64,000 nucleotides of DNA from Minisyncoccia bacterium (GTDB lineage Bacteria > Patescibacteriota > Minisyncoccia > Phycocordibacterales > Phycocordibacteraceae): positions 18,956-82,955 of the forward strand of contig JBCLFD010000001.1 in the NCBI GenBank assembly GCA_038912545.1, written 5' to 3'. Shown here piece by piece: positions 28,698 through 39,066 of this stretch; within the stretch, counting starts at the first letter, position 1, and each line of letters starts with the position of its first letter. Made by a program: the position numbers and the translations under genes. The notes under the pieces are model-generated. The model did not search any database and had not been told where the DNA came from. It saw only the letters and a list, made by a program, of their open reading frames with translations.

Positions 28698-31074
28698 ATT
28701 GGGTAAAAAGCGATTAGTGCTCTTGGACACGCACGCGATTATTCATCGCGCGTATCACGCGATACCCGATTTCACCAGCCCTTCGGGGGAGCCGACGGGC
28801 GCTCTTTATGGTCTCGTCTCTATGCTTCTTAAAATCATTGCCGATTTGAAACCCGATTATATCGCTGCTTGTTACGATTTGCCGGGACCAACGATGCGTC
28901 ACGAAGCGTATGCCGAATATAAAGGCACACGAGCAAAGACCGATGATGCATTGGTATCGCAAATTAAACGCTCGCCCAAAGTCTTTGAGGCATTCGGCAT
29001 CCCCACCTATGAACGCGAAGGATTTGAAGCCGACGACCTTCTCGGTACTATCGCGCACGAGATGGCGGTGGAAAAAAATATTGATGTGATTATTGCATCG
29101 GGTGATATGGACATGCTTCAGTGTGTTGACGATGCGCGCGTGCGCGTCTACACGCTGAAGAAAGGCATAAACGATACGATTTTGTACGACGAAAAGGCGG
29201 TAAAAGAGCGATTCGGCTTCGGACCCGAACTTATTCCCGACTACAAGGGCTTGCGCGGGGACCCCTCGGACAATATTAAGGGCGTGCCCGGCATTGGTGA
29301 AAAAACAGCGACCGAACTTATCACGAACTTCGGCTCTATTGAAAAGATGTACGACGCTCTTAAAAAGGATGAAAAGAAATTTGCAGAAAAAGGCATTAAA
29401 CCAAGAATCGTCGCTCTGCTAAAAGAGCACGAAGAAGATGCGCGATTCTCTAAAGCGCTCGCCACTATCCGCACCGATGCACCCATCGCATTTACTCTGC
29501 CAGAAAAAACGTGGAGTGAGAATGTGGATGCAGGGAAAGTATTCGCGCTCTTTGACGAATTCGGCTTCAGATCACTGCGGGAGCGGGCTCGGAGCGTCCT
29601 CATAAAGTCCTCGGGAAAAGAAGAATCTCTAGAAGTCCAGCAGGAACTTATTCCTGAAGAAGTCATTGACCCTACACGTTTAAGTGAGGCACAAGTAAAA
29701 CTGTGGTTGCTGGCTTCTGATTTCACAAATCCGACTCTAGATGACATCCTCGCATATACAAAGAAAACATCATTTGCCGAGGCAGACGCCGAGCTGACCA
29801 AGCTTATCCGCGCCGCGGAGCGAGTGAATAACGTGTATGAGCAGATAGAAAAACCGCTTATTCCCATCGTGCGCCTTATGGGAACGCATGGCGTACTCAT
29901 TGACTCAAAGCTGTTAGCCGGTCTCGCGAAGACCTATACTGCTGAGCTAAAGCAAATAGAAAAAAGTATTTATGCGCATGCGGGACGCGAGTTCAATGTC
30001 AGCTCGCCCAAACAGCTGGGCGAAGTGCTTTTTGACGAATTGCAGATTATTCCAGAACGACAGAAGAAGACCGCAGGCGGGGCTCGCTCTACGCGCGAGA
30101 GTGAGCTGGAAAAGATTCGCGACGCACATCCGATTGTGGCTGACATCTTAGAGTATCGCGAGTTGAAGAAACTTCTCGGCACCTATATTGAAAATCTCCC
30201 CCTAATGCTTGATAAAGAAAATCGCCTTCATGCAGAATTTCTCCAATCAGGCACGACCACCGGTCGCATGGCCTCACAGAATCCGAATCTGCAGAATATC
30301 CCCATTCAGTCAGAGCGCGGACGCGCTATTCGTCACGCCTTCATCGCCCCCCGTGGGTTTGAACTCGTTGCGTTGGATTATTCGCAGATAGAACTACGCA
30401 TCGCCGCAATACTCTCTGGCGACGAGAAACTCTGCGCCATTTTTAAGAATGGTAGGGACGTACATACCGAAGTGGCGGCGCAGGTATTTCATGTTGCGCC
30501 AGAGACAGTGGACTATGAAATGCGTCGGCGAGCAAAGGTTATTAACTTCGGCATCCTCTATGGTATGGGCATCAATGCCTTGCGCCAGCAACTCGGTACG
30601 ACAACTGCCGAGACACACGCCTTTTATGAAGAATACTTCGGACAGTTCAAGACGCTTTCTGAATATCTAGAAAAGACAAAAGGATTCGCACGCAAAAACG
30701 GCTACACCGAAACCCTTTTTGGCAGACGCAGACAGTTTCCAGAAATGAAGTCGGCACTCCCGTATGTTAGAGCACAGGCGGAGCGCATGGCGATTAATGC
30801 GCCGATACAGGGCACGCAGGCAGACATCATTAAGCTCGCTATGGTGCGCGTGGATGAAATGCTAACGAAAGAAGGCGCAAAAGATGACACACATTTGATT
30901 CTTCAAGTACACGATGAACTTGTGTATGAGATACGCGAATCGCGCGTGAAAGAACTCACCAGTAAGATTCAGCACATTATGGAAAATGTATTGCCGGAGA
31001 AAGAGAGAAGAGGTGTGCCGATTGTCGCAGTGCCAAAAGTAGGAAGTAACTGGGGAGAATTGAAACAGATATGA
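28687..31074 (+). CDS. polA: DNA polymerase I (5'-3' exo + polymerase, reduced 3'-5' exo region)
   Basis: RAYHA, EADD, GDPSDNI.GVPGIG, TTTGR, PNLQNIP, DYSQIELR, AKVINFG.LYG, QVHDEL. Confidence 0.96.
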   Translation: MRGKLGKKRLVLLDTHAIIHRAYHAIPDFTSPSGEPTGALYGLVSMLLKIIADLKPDYIAACYDLPGPTMRHEAYAEYKGTRAKTDDALVSQIKRSPKVFEAFGIPTYEREGFEADDLLGTIAHEMAVEKNIDVIIASGDMDMLQCVDDARVRVYTLKKGINDTILYDEKAVKERFGFGPELIPDYKGLRGDPSDNIKGVPGIGEKTATELITNFGSIEKMYDALKKDEKKFAEKGIKPRIVALLKEHEEDARFSKALATIRTDAPIAFTLPEKTWSENVDAGKVFALFDEFGFRSLRERARSVLIKSSGKEESLEVQQELIPEEVIDPTRLSEAQVKLWLLASDFTNPTLDDILAYTKKTSFAEADAELTKLIRAAERVNNVYEQIEKPLIPIVRLMGTHGVLIDSKLLAGLAKTYTAELKQIEKSIYAHAGREFNVSSPKQLGEVLFDELQIIPERQKKTAGGARSTRESELEKIRDAHPIVADILEYRELKKLLGTYIENLPLMLDKENRLHAEFLQSGTTTGRMASQNPNLQNIPIQSERGRAIRHAFIAPRGFELVALDYSQIELRIAAILSGDEKLCAIFKNGRDVHTEVAAQVFHVAPETVDYEMRRRAKVINFGILYGMGINALRQQLGTTTAETHAFYEEYFGQFKTLSEYLEKTKGFARKNGYTETLFGRRRQFPEMKSALPYVRAQAERMAINAPIQGTQADIIKLAMVRVDEMLTKEGAKDDTHLILQVHDELVYEIRESRVKELTSKIQHIMENVLPEKERRGVPIVAVPKVGSNWGELKQI

Positions 31075-31787
31075 TTTACCTTTTTTACGGCAGTGACAGC
31101 GAGAAAGCGCGGCGTAAGGCGTTTGAGTGGGTGGCGAAAGCGAGAGAGAAAGAGCCGAATCTGACGTATGTGCGTCTCGCACGCGAAGATTTAAGCGCGG
31201 GTGCGCTTCTGGAAGCCGTGACCTCTAACAGTTTATTCGCGAAGCGCACGCTCACGCTCATTGACGACCCATATGTTGGACGTACGACGTCCCACAATGA
31301 AGAAATAGAAGGAGAGGGGAGCGAATCGCCATCGAGCTCGGTGCTGGACGATTATATAGATATGCTCGCAGAGTCAGAAAATGCAATCGTGATTCTCGCA
31401 CCTTCCGCCAGAGGCGGATCCGCCTCTGGCGGAAAACTAAAGAGGCTAGCGGACTTGGCTGAAAAAGTATATAAATTTGACGCGCCCGTCACGCAAGAAT
31501 TTAAGCGAGGTTTTAATTCAGGACTGGTGGATGCGCTCGGCGCGAAGAACCGTGAGAAACTCTGGCTCGAAGTCGTCCGCGCGCTCCGCGCCGGCGACGC
31601 GCCCGAGAAGCTCCATGGTCTCTTGCACTGGAAAGCGCGTGATTTAATGGATAAAGGTAGTCGCGCCTGGAAGCCGGAAGAATCGCGAGCTCTTTCTCTC
31701 AATCTCATCGGCCTCCTCCAATCCTCCCGCCGCAAGGGACTGGACCTCTCCGAATCTCTGGAGCGATTTGCGCTACATGTAACTTAG
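31071..31787 (+). CDS. Probable DNA polymerase III delta subunit (HolA-like, divergent)
   Basis: MIYLFYGSD N-terminus, SLFAKR..., C-terminal LERF; overlaps the polA stop. Confidence 0.6.
   Translation: MIYLFYGSDSEKARRKAFEWVAKAREKEPNLTYVRLAREDLSAGALLEAVTSNSLFAKRTLTLIDDPYVGRTTSHNEEIEGEGSESPSSSVLDDYIDMLAESENAIVILAPSARGGSASGGKLKRLADLAEKVYKFDAPVTQEFKRGFNSGLVDALGAKNREKLWLEVVRALRAGDAPEKLHGLLHWKARDLMDKGSRAWKPEESRALSLNLIGLLQSSRRKGLDLSESLERFALHVT
31403..31434. repeat. 32-bp perfect palindrome inside the holA-like CDS
   Basis: TTCCGCCAGAGGCGGA|TCCGCCTCTGGCGGAA, translated SARGGSASGG. Confidence 0.85.
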
Positions 31788-31814
31788 CAATTCTTAGGTA
31801 GGTTTAAGAAGTAA

Positions 31815-32237
31815 ATGAAAATCGGCTTGGTTTGTAGCGCGTTTGATATGCTTCATGCAGGTCATATGCTCATGTTGAAAGACGCAAAGGATCATTGTGA
31901 TGTTCTTATTGTAGGTCTGCAAGATGATCCATCGGTCACCCATGCTTCTTATCGGGGGAAAGTAAAAGAACAACCCATTTTATCTCTGGAGGAGAGAAGA
32001 ATTATCCTCGAAGGCACTCGGTACATCGATAAAATCTTCGAATACGATACCGAAGAGAATCTTTTTGAAATAATAAGGAATCTAGAGCCGCACATCAGGA
32101 TCTTAGGGAGCGATTGGCGAGGGAAGCATGCTACCGGGCAAGAGTTTGCACAAACTATGTATTACCATGAACGAACCCATGGTTATTCGACGACAGAAAT
32201 AAAAAGACGAATTCACGAACGCTACTCTAGCAAGTAA
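31815..32237 (+). CDS. Cytidylyltransferase family (TagD/glycerol-3-P CT-like)
   Basis: FDMLHAGH, IVGLQ.DP, GSDW, R.HGYSTT. Confidence 0.85.
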   Translation: MKIGLVCSAFDMLHAGHMLMLKDAKDHCDVLIVGLQDDPSVTHASYRGKVKEQPILSLEERRIILEGTRYIDKIFEYDTEENLFEIIRNLEPHIRILGSDWRGKHATGQEFAQTMYYHERTHGYSTTEIKRRIHERYSSK

Positions 32238-32270
32238 CTTACACACTGGGACGGTGGTACTCATTCACAT

Positions 32271-34094
32271 ATGTGTGGAATCGTCGGCTACATCGGTAAA
32301 AAAGATGCAACTCCATTTCTTATTGAAGGATTACGAGCGCTTGAGTACCGCGGGTATGATTCGGCAGGACTCTATGTTGTCGGTTCCGGTGTCATAAAAC
32401 GCGCTGGAAAAGTTGAAGTGCTTGCGTCAGTTATTCCGAAAGATTTTATTGGGCACGTCGGGATCGCACATACCCGATGGGCAACACACGGACCTCCCAC
32501 AGAAGCGAATGCTCATCCGCACAGCGACAGCACCGAAACTATTTGGTTGGTGCACAACGGCATTATAGAAAACTATGCCGAGATACGAGAGGCACTCATT
32601 CAAAAAGACATCACCTTTTCGTCGGACACAGATACTGAAGTTCTCGCAAAATTAATTGGAGAAAAATATAAAACTAATGTTCTTCTCGAACACGCCGTTG
32701 AAAAAGCGCTTGAAGAAGTGCGCGGTACCTATGGCATCGCGGTCGTCTCGACACGAGAACCCGAGAAAATAGTCGCGACCCGTATGGGGAGCCCACTGCT
32801 TATAGGAGTGGGCCCCGATGGTTATTATCTCGCCTCGGACGCGACTCCTATTCTCCCGCATACGCGTGACGTTATCTATTTAGATGATGGCGAAATAGCG
32901 ATCCTCACACCGACCACGTATAGCATTCGCATACGAGCTGGAGATCAGGTGCAGAAAACCATAGAGACCCTCGAGTGGGATTCTGAAGCGACCAAGAAAC
33001 AAGGATACGAGCATTTCATGCTGAAAGAAATCATGGAGGTGCCCGAGGTTATCCGAAACACGCTTCGCGGACGTCTGGACTCAAAAGAGGGAACCGCCGT
33101 ACTCGGTGGCCTTCGTGATGTAGCAAACCGCCTTGTTGATGTACGACGCATCATCATTACCGGATGCGGAAGTGCGTATTATGCCGGACTTGTGGGGCAG
33201 GAGCTTATTGAAGAATTCTCTAGTATCCCGGTTGAAGTAGAGGTGGCGTCAGAATTACGGTATCGGCGTTTTACCGCGGATCAGGAGCACACGATTCTTA
33301 TCGCGGTCTCACAGTCGGGTGAGACCGCAGACACGCTTGAAGCCATTCGTATCGCAAAAAAACACGGAATGCTCACTCTCGGAATCGTAAATGTCGTTGG
33401 ATCTTCGATCGCACGCGAGACCGACGCCGGAGTGTATAACCACGCTGGTCCAGAAATAGGCGTCGCCTCAACCAAAGCGTTTGTCTCGCAAGTTGTCGTC
33501 CTCTCCTTAATTGCACTTATTCTCGGCCGTACTCATGGAATGAAAAAAGAAGAAAGACTAAAAATAATACAGGCGCTCTCTAAACTTCCGGAGAAAGCAG
33601 AGTTGGTCCTCGGCTCGAGAGATTCCATCGCGGCTCTCGCAAAAAAATATTCGCATGTGCAGAACGCATTGTATATCGGACGGAAATATCAGTGCCCGGT
33701 TGCCTATGAAGGAGCTCTGAAGCTTAAAGAGATTTCCTATATCCACGCGGAGGGCTACGGAGCGGGCGAAATGAAGCACGGCCCCATTGCGCTTATTGAT
33801 CCATCGTTCCCCACCATCGCTCTGGCTCCCAGAGATTCGCTTTACGAAAAAATGTGCTCCAACATAGAAGAAATCAGAGCGCGTGGCGGGGAGGTGCTCG
33901 CGGTGACCACCGAAGGTAATGAAGACATCAAACGGCTTACCCAGGATGTTATGTATATACCCGAGACGCACGAAGCCCTCTTACCGGTACTCACCACGAT
34001 ACCGCTCCAGCTTTTTGCTTACTATGTGGCGAAAGAACGCGGGCTTCCTATCGACAAGCCACGCAATCTCGCAAAATCTGTCACAGTGGAATAA
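32271..34094 (+). CDS. glmS: Glucosamine-fructose-6-phosphate aminotransferase
   Basis: MCGIVG, HTRWATHG, SQSGETADT, ASTKAF, PRNLAKSVTVE. Confidence 0.98.
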   Translation: MCGIVGYIGKKDATPFLIEGLRALEYRGYDSAGLYVVGSGVIKRAGKVEVLASVIPKDFIGHVGIAHTRWATHGPPTEANAHPHSDSTETIWLVHNGIIENYAEIREALIQKDITFSSDTDTEVLAKLIGEKYKTNVLLEHAVEKALEEVRGTYGIAVVSTREPEKIVATRMGSPLLIGVGPDGYYLASDATPILPHTRDVIYLDDGEIAILTPTTYSIRIRAGDQVQKTIETLEWDSEATKKQGYEHFMLKEIMEVPEVIRNTLRGRLDSKEGTAVLGGLRDVANRLVDVRRIIITGCGSAYYAGLVGQELIEEFSSIPVEVEVASELRYRRFTADQEHTILIAVSQSGETADTLEAIRIAKKHGMLTLGIVNVVGSSIARETDAGVYNHAGPEIGVASTKAFVSQVVVLSLIALILGRTHGMKKEERLKIIQALSKLPEKAELVLGSRDSIAALAKKYSHVQNALYIGRKYQCPVAYEGALKLKEISYIHAEGYGAGEMKHGPIALIDPSFPTIALAPRDSLYEKMCSNIEEIRARGGEVLAVTTEGNEDIKRLTQDVMYIPETHEALLPVLTTIPLQLFAYYVAKERGLPIDKPRNLAKSVTVE

Positions 34095-34106
34095 TCTCTC
34101 CTTGAT

Positions 34107-35954
34107 CTACCGCCCTCTATTCTGATAATTGTTTTGAATTTTTTCTTTAACTTGATAACCATAATTATTTTCATTTTGTCTGCGTGATTCAGAATTACTT
34201 TCGGTATGATCAGAAGGCTTCCTGGTATACGGAAGAGTTATAGGTAATGTGATAGGTAGTATAATTGGTTTTATAATGGTTGGAATTGGGGAAAATGTTG
34301 GCAAAGGAAGTATTGTTGGTGCTGGCATTATGATGGGCGTAGGATCTGGAGATAAAACTGGCACAGTAGTTGTGGGTGTGGTTGTTATAGGAGTTGTTGT
34401 AACTGGTGCAATTGTGGTTGGTGGTGTTGTAGTAGCAACAGGCGTGGTAATTGGGGTTGGGTATAGTTGATTCGCCATAGTGATTGCTTTGTCAGCTTTA
34501 ACCAAACCATAACCGTGCCATTTATCATACCCAACTGTTCCAATATCTATGGCGGAACTATCAAGAATATTTCTAATTTCATCATTTATTCTTCCGTTAC
34601 CATTTGAGTCAGTGATGTTCATTCCCATAAGTAACGCTGCTACACCGGTAACATGAGGAGCTGCCATAGATGTTCCATTGTATAAAATATTACCTCCACC
34701 AAGTTTTGTTGAGTTAATATTTACTCCAGGTGCTGATAGTTCTATTTTATTACCCGTTGCGGAAAAACAGGGACGAGCATTTGATGAATCAATTGCAGCC
34801 ACAGCAATTACTGAAGAATACATCGCTGGATACTCTGTAGTATTTGTATCGCCAAGACAAGTTCCAGAATTACCAGCCGAGGCCACATTGATAATTCCCT
34901 TGGCTTCTAATGCGGTAAAAGCTGACTCAAGTCCATTGCCAGGATTGGTTGGTGTACCATAACTACTATTTGTAATTTGTATACCGTTATTGACTGACCA
35001 TTGTAACGCTGCAATAATATCACTCGTATATCCCTTTCCTTGAGCATCTAAAACTTTCAAAGCATAAATTTTTACATCAGGTGCTACACCAATAACACCA
35101 ACATTGTTTTTTATAGCCGCAATAGTTCCAGCAATGTGTGTACCATGCCCATTATCATCAAGTGGATCCGCTGTACCATTTACGAAATTAAACCCACCAG
35201 CATAATTTAAATTTAAATCCGTATGGTTGTAGTCAATACCAGTATCTAGGACTGCCACTTTAATTGTCTTTCCTGTTTGACCAGAAGCATGCGCAGAATC
35301 AGATCCAATGTGCAAAACACCCCAAGTATTTGTGTATTCTTGAACAGCACGAATGTAAACTAACTCGTCTATTTCAACAGAAGCAACATTAGGATCTTTA
35401 GAAAGATTTATTACTTCTGAATCAGAAACTTCTGCAGCAATAGCTGGAATAATGTTAAACGTGTGTTTTCTTTTTCCACCTCTAGAAAAAATAAAATCCT
35501 CGTCTGCTTTAATTGGGTTTCTTTTATAGTTAATGATGACTCTTTTTGTAGTTGTAGGTGTAGAGGACACTGCAACATTTGTGGTTTGAGAATTAATTGG
35601 GCGATTTTCTAAAAATGAAGGAGACTCTAATTTGGCAATGGGGTTAGCATTAGTAGATTTAGTTAACGTATTTAATATACTTAAAGTTTTTGGACCGACT
35701 ACACCAACGGTTTCAACGCCATATTTTTTTTGAAAAGCTGTAACAGCTTTTTTTGTTAGTAGGCCATAATAACCAGTAACCAGACCTTCTGGATATATAG
35801 AAATATCTGTAGACAAAAGTTTTTGTAAATTTGAAACATCTTCACCTCTAGATCCAAGAGTAAGATTTCTTGTAAAGGTTGCAGAATCTGCCAAAACTGA
35901 TGAGGTAAATAAAAATGGAACTACTAATAAAAATGGTAATAATTTTTTTTTCAT
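34107..35954 (-). CDS. Secreted S8 subtilisin-like protease with N-terminal peptidoglycan-binding domain and Thr/Pro-rich tail
   Basis: VAVLDTG, HGTHIAG, GTSMAAPHV; LTLGSRGEDV..LQ..L PG-binding motif; markedly AT-rich. Confidence 0.92.
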   Translation of the reverse strand: MKKKLLPFLLVVPFLFTSSVLADSATFTRNLTLGSRGEDVSNLQKLLSTDISIYPEGLVTGYYGLLTKKAVTAFQKKYGVETVGVVGPKTLSILNTLTKSTNANPIAKLESPSFLENRPINSQTTNVAVSSTPTTTKRVIINYKRNPIKADEDFIFSRGGKRKHTFNIIPAIAAEVSDSEVINLSKDPNVASVEIDELVYIRAVQEYTNTWGVLHIGSDSAHASGQTGKTIKVAVLDTGIDYNHTDLNLNYAGGFNFVNGTADPLDDNGHGTHIAGTIAAIKNNVGVIGVAPDVKIYALKVLDAQGKGYTSDIIAALQWSVNNGIQITNSSYGTPTNPGNGLESAFTALEAKGIINVASAGNSGTCLGDTNTTEYPAMYSSVIAVAAIDSSNARPCFSATGNKIELSAPGVNINSTKLGGGNILYNGTSMAAPHVTGVAALLMGMNITDSNGNGRINDEIRNILDSSAIDIGTVGYDKWHGYGLVKADKAITMANQLYPTPITTPVATTTPPTTIAPVTTTPITTTPTTTVPVLSPDPTPIIMPAPTILPLPTFSPIPTIIKPIILPITLPITLPYTRKPSDHTESNSESRRQNENNYGYQVKEKIQNNYQNRGR

Positions 35955-36076
35955 ATATTAATTATATCATACATTACTCCACTCCACGCGTCAGACCCGA
36001 ATGTCTTGCCTTGCCTCGAAAAAACGAATGAAGACATTCATTTGTTACTCGGCTCGTTAGGTAGTAGGGTGGCGGG

Positions 36077-37528
36077 ATGGGCAAAGAAGAAAGCGTTATA
36101 CGATTTGAAGGGGTTTCCTTCGGATACGGAGTGAATAAGCCGATATTGGATGCGGTGGATTTTCCTATTCGCAGAGGAATGAAGATAGCGGCGATGGGCC
36201 AGAATGGCGCGGGGAAGTCCACTCTCTTCGGTCTCATGACCGGCGAACTCTCGCCCGACGCTGGAGAGATACATCGCGCGACAGGACTCACAGTCGCAAC
36301 TGCTGTACAGACGATACCGCGTGGCGACTTGGAACTCACGGTTCGTGAATTCTTTGAGGAATGTTTTAAGGAGAAAGTGTATGACATTGATCCGAAGATA
36401 GATGCGGTGCTGGAGGCGGTGAACTTGAAGGCGCCCAACGACCGCACCGTGAAGAGTTTCTCGGGCGGCCAGCAAGCACGACTTCTCCTGGCCTCGGCGC
36501 TCATCCAGAATCCTGACCTGCTTCTCTTGGACGAGCCCACAAATAATTTGGATACCGCAGGCATTGAACACCTCACGAATTTTTTGATTGAATATCCGAA
36601 GTCAGTCATCGTTATCTCGCACGACGCAGACTTCTTAAATGCATTCACTTCGGGCGTGCTGTATCTGGATGTCTTTACACGGAAGATAGAGCAGTATTCA
36701 GGGAACTATACCGACGTGCAGGCGGATATTCTTGCGCGTATTGATCGTGAGAATAGAAAGAATGCGCAGTTAGAGAAAAAGATCCAAGAAAATAAAGATA
36801 AAGCGAACTTCTTCGCGCAGAAGGGCGGGAAGATGCGTCTCGTTGCGAAGAAAATGCGTACGGAGGTTGAAGAAATGGAAGAAGCGAAGGTGGATGTTCG
36901 GAAGGAGGACAGGACGATTCGACCATTTATTATTCCGGCACAGCCAGCATTGAGCGGTACGGTGCTTTCGCTTACGTCATATACCGTGCACAAGAATCAT
37001 AAGCCGGTCACGAAGAAGGCGAACATCTCACTACGAAAGAATCAACACCTGCTTTTGAAAGGTCCGAACGGCATCGGCAAGAGCACACTCTTGGAGCGCA
37101 TCGTGCTCGGAACACCGGAAGGGTCAAAGATTACGGCAGGAGTGAAGGTTGGTTATTATCGACAAGACTTCTCCACTCTGGACTTTGACGCCACCGTTTA
37201 CGACGCACTACGCAAGGCGATGGGGAAACCCGACGACGAGCGCATGCGCGCGACCGCTGCTGGATTTCTAATCACCGCAGATGTCATTCATACAAAAATC
37301 GGGAGTTTGTCAGAAGGGCAGAAGGGCTTGGTGGCCTTCTGCTCGCTCGTGCTAGAAAGGCCGGGACTTTTAATATTAGACGAGCCGACGAATCACATCA
37401 ACTTCCGTCACCTGCCCATCATCGCGAAGGCGCTCTCTGCGTATGAAGGCGCGATGATACTCGTTTCACACGTGCCTGAATTTGTGTCCAAAATCCGCAT
37501 CGACGACACGCTGGATCTCGGCGCTTAA
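36077..37528 (+). CDS. ABC-F family ATPase
   Basis: Two NBDs (GQNGAGKS/FSGGQ/DEPTN and GPNGIGKS/LSEGQ/DEPTN), no TM. Confidence 0.92.
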   Translation: MGKEESVIRFEGVSFGYGVNKPILDAVDFPIRRGMKIAAMGQNGAGKSTLFGLMTGELSPDAGEIHRATGLTVATAVQTIPRGDLELTVREFFEECFKEKVYDIDPKIDAVLEAVNLKAPNDRTVKSFSGGQQARLLLASALIQNPDLLLLDEPTNNLDTAGIEHLTNFLIEYPKSVIVISHDADFLNAFTSGVLYLDVFTRKIEQYSGNYTDVQADILARIDRENRKNAQLEKKIQENKDKANFFAQKGGKMRLVAKKMRTEVEEMEEAKVDVRKEDRTIRPFIIPAQPALSGTVLSLTSYTVHKNHKPVTKKANISLRKNQHLLLKGPNGIGKSTLLERIVLGTPEGSKITAGVKVGYYRQDFSTLDFDATVYDALRKAMGKPDDERMRATAAGFLITADVIHTKIGSLSEGQKGLVAFCSLVLERPGLLILDEPTNHINFRHLPIIAKALSAYEGAMILVSHVPEFVSKIRIDDTLDLGA

Positions 37529-37908
37529 ACATTCTTTCTTTTTTGTTCGCGGTCGCGGACTTCGTGCTCGTCCATGCCGAAGTGGTGCGCGAATTCGTGC
37601 CAAATCGTATCGGCGACTACGTCGCGCACGTCCTCGTCGTCCTCGCGCGCCGCCTCCTCAATCGGTTTCTGATAGAGCGTGATGGTGTCTGGTAGCGAGA
37701 GGTCGTCGCCATAATTGCGTGCAGTGAGTGGGACACCCTGATAGAGCCCGAGAAGGGTCTCGCCCTGCCCGAGCTGTTCCAGCTCGCGCACCTCTGCCGA
37801 CGGCTCGTCCTCGATGAGGATGGCGACATTCTTAATCTTCTCGCGGACCCAGTTGGGCAATCGCTTAACGCCCTCGCGAACTAGCTGTTCAAATTCTATA
37901 CGGTTCAT
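37525..37908 (-). CDS. Zincin-like metallopeptidase
   Basis: LLGLYQG, PDTITLYQ, HEFAHHFG. Confidence 0.88.
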   Translation of the reverse strand: MNRIEFEQLVREGVKRLPNWVREKIKNVAILIEDEPSAEVRELEQLGQGETLLGLYQGVPLTARNYGDDLSLPDTITLYQKPIEEAAREDDEDVRDVVADTIWHEFAHHFGMDEHEVRDREQKRKNV

Positions 37909-37919
37909 GTATCTTGTTG

Positions 37920-37992
37920 TGCGCCCGGTTGGGATCGGACCAACGACCTCATCCTTAAAAGGGATTTGCTCTACCAACTGAGCTACGGGCGC
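37920..37992 (-). tRNA. tRNA-Lys(TTT)
   Basis: GCGCCCG/CGGGCGC acceptor, anticodon loop CTTTTAA. Confidence 0.9.
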
Positions 37993-38102
37993 GAAGTGAG
38001 GTCAGGAACATGATGTATTTAATCATATTCCTGCGCCGAACGAGCGGCCGTATGTAATCATACGGGCGCGTAGGTATAACTTACTCTATTTCTGTAGTTT
38101 AT

Positions 38103-39047
38103 CTAGTACGAGAATGCATCAACTGTGTTACCGAGCGTGTCCACAAGTTTTACGATTTCGTGCTTGGTGCGCCACATGCTCGTGGAGCGACCGAGATAAA
38201 TGCGCCACGTGTCGCCCATAAAGTCGACATCATTTTTGTGCGTTTCTACGCACCCGTTATAATTCAGATATTTAACGAGGAATGCTTGGCAGGAACCGCT
38301 TAACCCCACGGGCGGAGAGAGTGTGACCTGACAGCGCGAAAGCCTATTCACATACTCAATGCATGCCACATCGCGTATGTAATTGTTGCCGTAGAGCGCA
38401 GGAAGTTCGTCGGCTGGCACGGGACAGTTTTGTGGGAGAGACGGCGAGAATTTCTGGAACGTGCTGAAGTAGCCGATACATTTATTCTCGCGGAAGGAGG
38501 CACCGATGGGCGACTGACCGCTCACGATAATCGCGCGCTTGCCGGGCGCGAGCACAATGTCTTGTATCGCATTCACGACGCCCGAGGTCGGCACCTCGGT
38601 ACCTTTCGGTATGATTGAAGATGCACCGGTCGCTTCGCTCATAATCCTCCATCCTGAGATATTAATCGGAACTCTGGAGTTGTAGGAGGCCTGAAGTTCA
38701 ATCATTTCGTTTGCCGGATTGCTTGAGCCCGCGCTACTCACCGAACGGCTCATCGTGACGAGTCCGCGATATTCCGAAGGAGGACCGAAAACGCCTCCTA
38801 TAATCGTTGGGAGCGCTTGGTTTGGAACAGTCCCGCCACCGCTTGAGGAGTCGGACAGAGAAACATTAGAGCCACCAATAGTGAATGGCGCGCGCGGGAG
38901 CGAGAGATAAGTTCCACCACCGAGCACGCCAGGTTGAGCGAGCCGAGGACCGGTGAATGCGAGCGGATGAGTCGGACCGCCGGTTGCTATCCAAATGAGA
39001 AAGATGAAGGCGAATACTCCGACGAAGAACCACGCATCATGTTCCAT
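38103..39047 (-). CDS. Membrane-anchored Cys-containing surface protein (lamin-tail-like features)
   Basis: N-terminal TM, NEMIEL/INISGW, FRENKCIGY, LNYNGCV. Confidence 0.65.
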   Translation of the reverse strand: MEHDAWFFVGVFAFIFLIWIATGGPTHPLAFTGPRLAQPGVLGGGTYLSLPRAPFTIGGSNVSLSDSSSGGGTVPNQALPTIIGGVFGPPSEYRGLVTMSRSVSSAGSSNPANEMIELQASYNSRVPINISGWRIMSEATGASSIIPKGTEVPTSGVVNAIQDIVLAPGKRAIIVSGQSPIGASFRENKCIGYFSTFQKFSPSLPQNCPVPADELPALYGNNYIRDVACIEYVNRLSRCQVTLSPPVGLSGSCQAFLVKYLNYNGCVETHKNDVDFMGDTWRIYLGRSTSMWRTKHEIVKLVDTLGNTVDAFSY

Positions 39048-39066
39048 ACTTTAAATAGTAGCAGTA

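Noticed and set aside
32238-32270. glmS ribozyme upstream of glmS
   Set aside because: The intergenic gap is only about 33 bp, too short.
37909-37977. ORF-track N-terminal extensions running through tRNAs (also 41489-41641, 44574-44690, 51565-51633)
   Set aside because: They overlap clear tRNA genes; downstream ATGs are the plausible starts.
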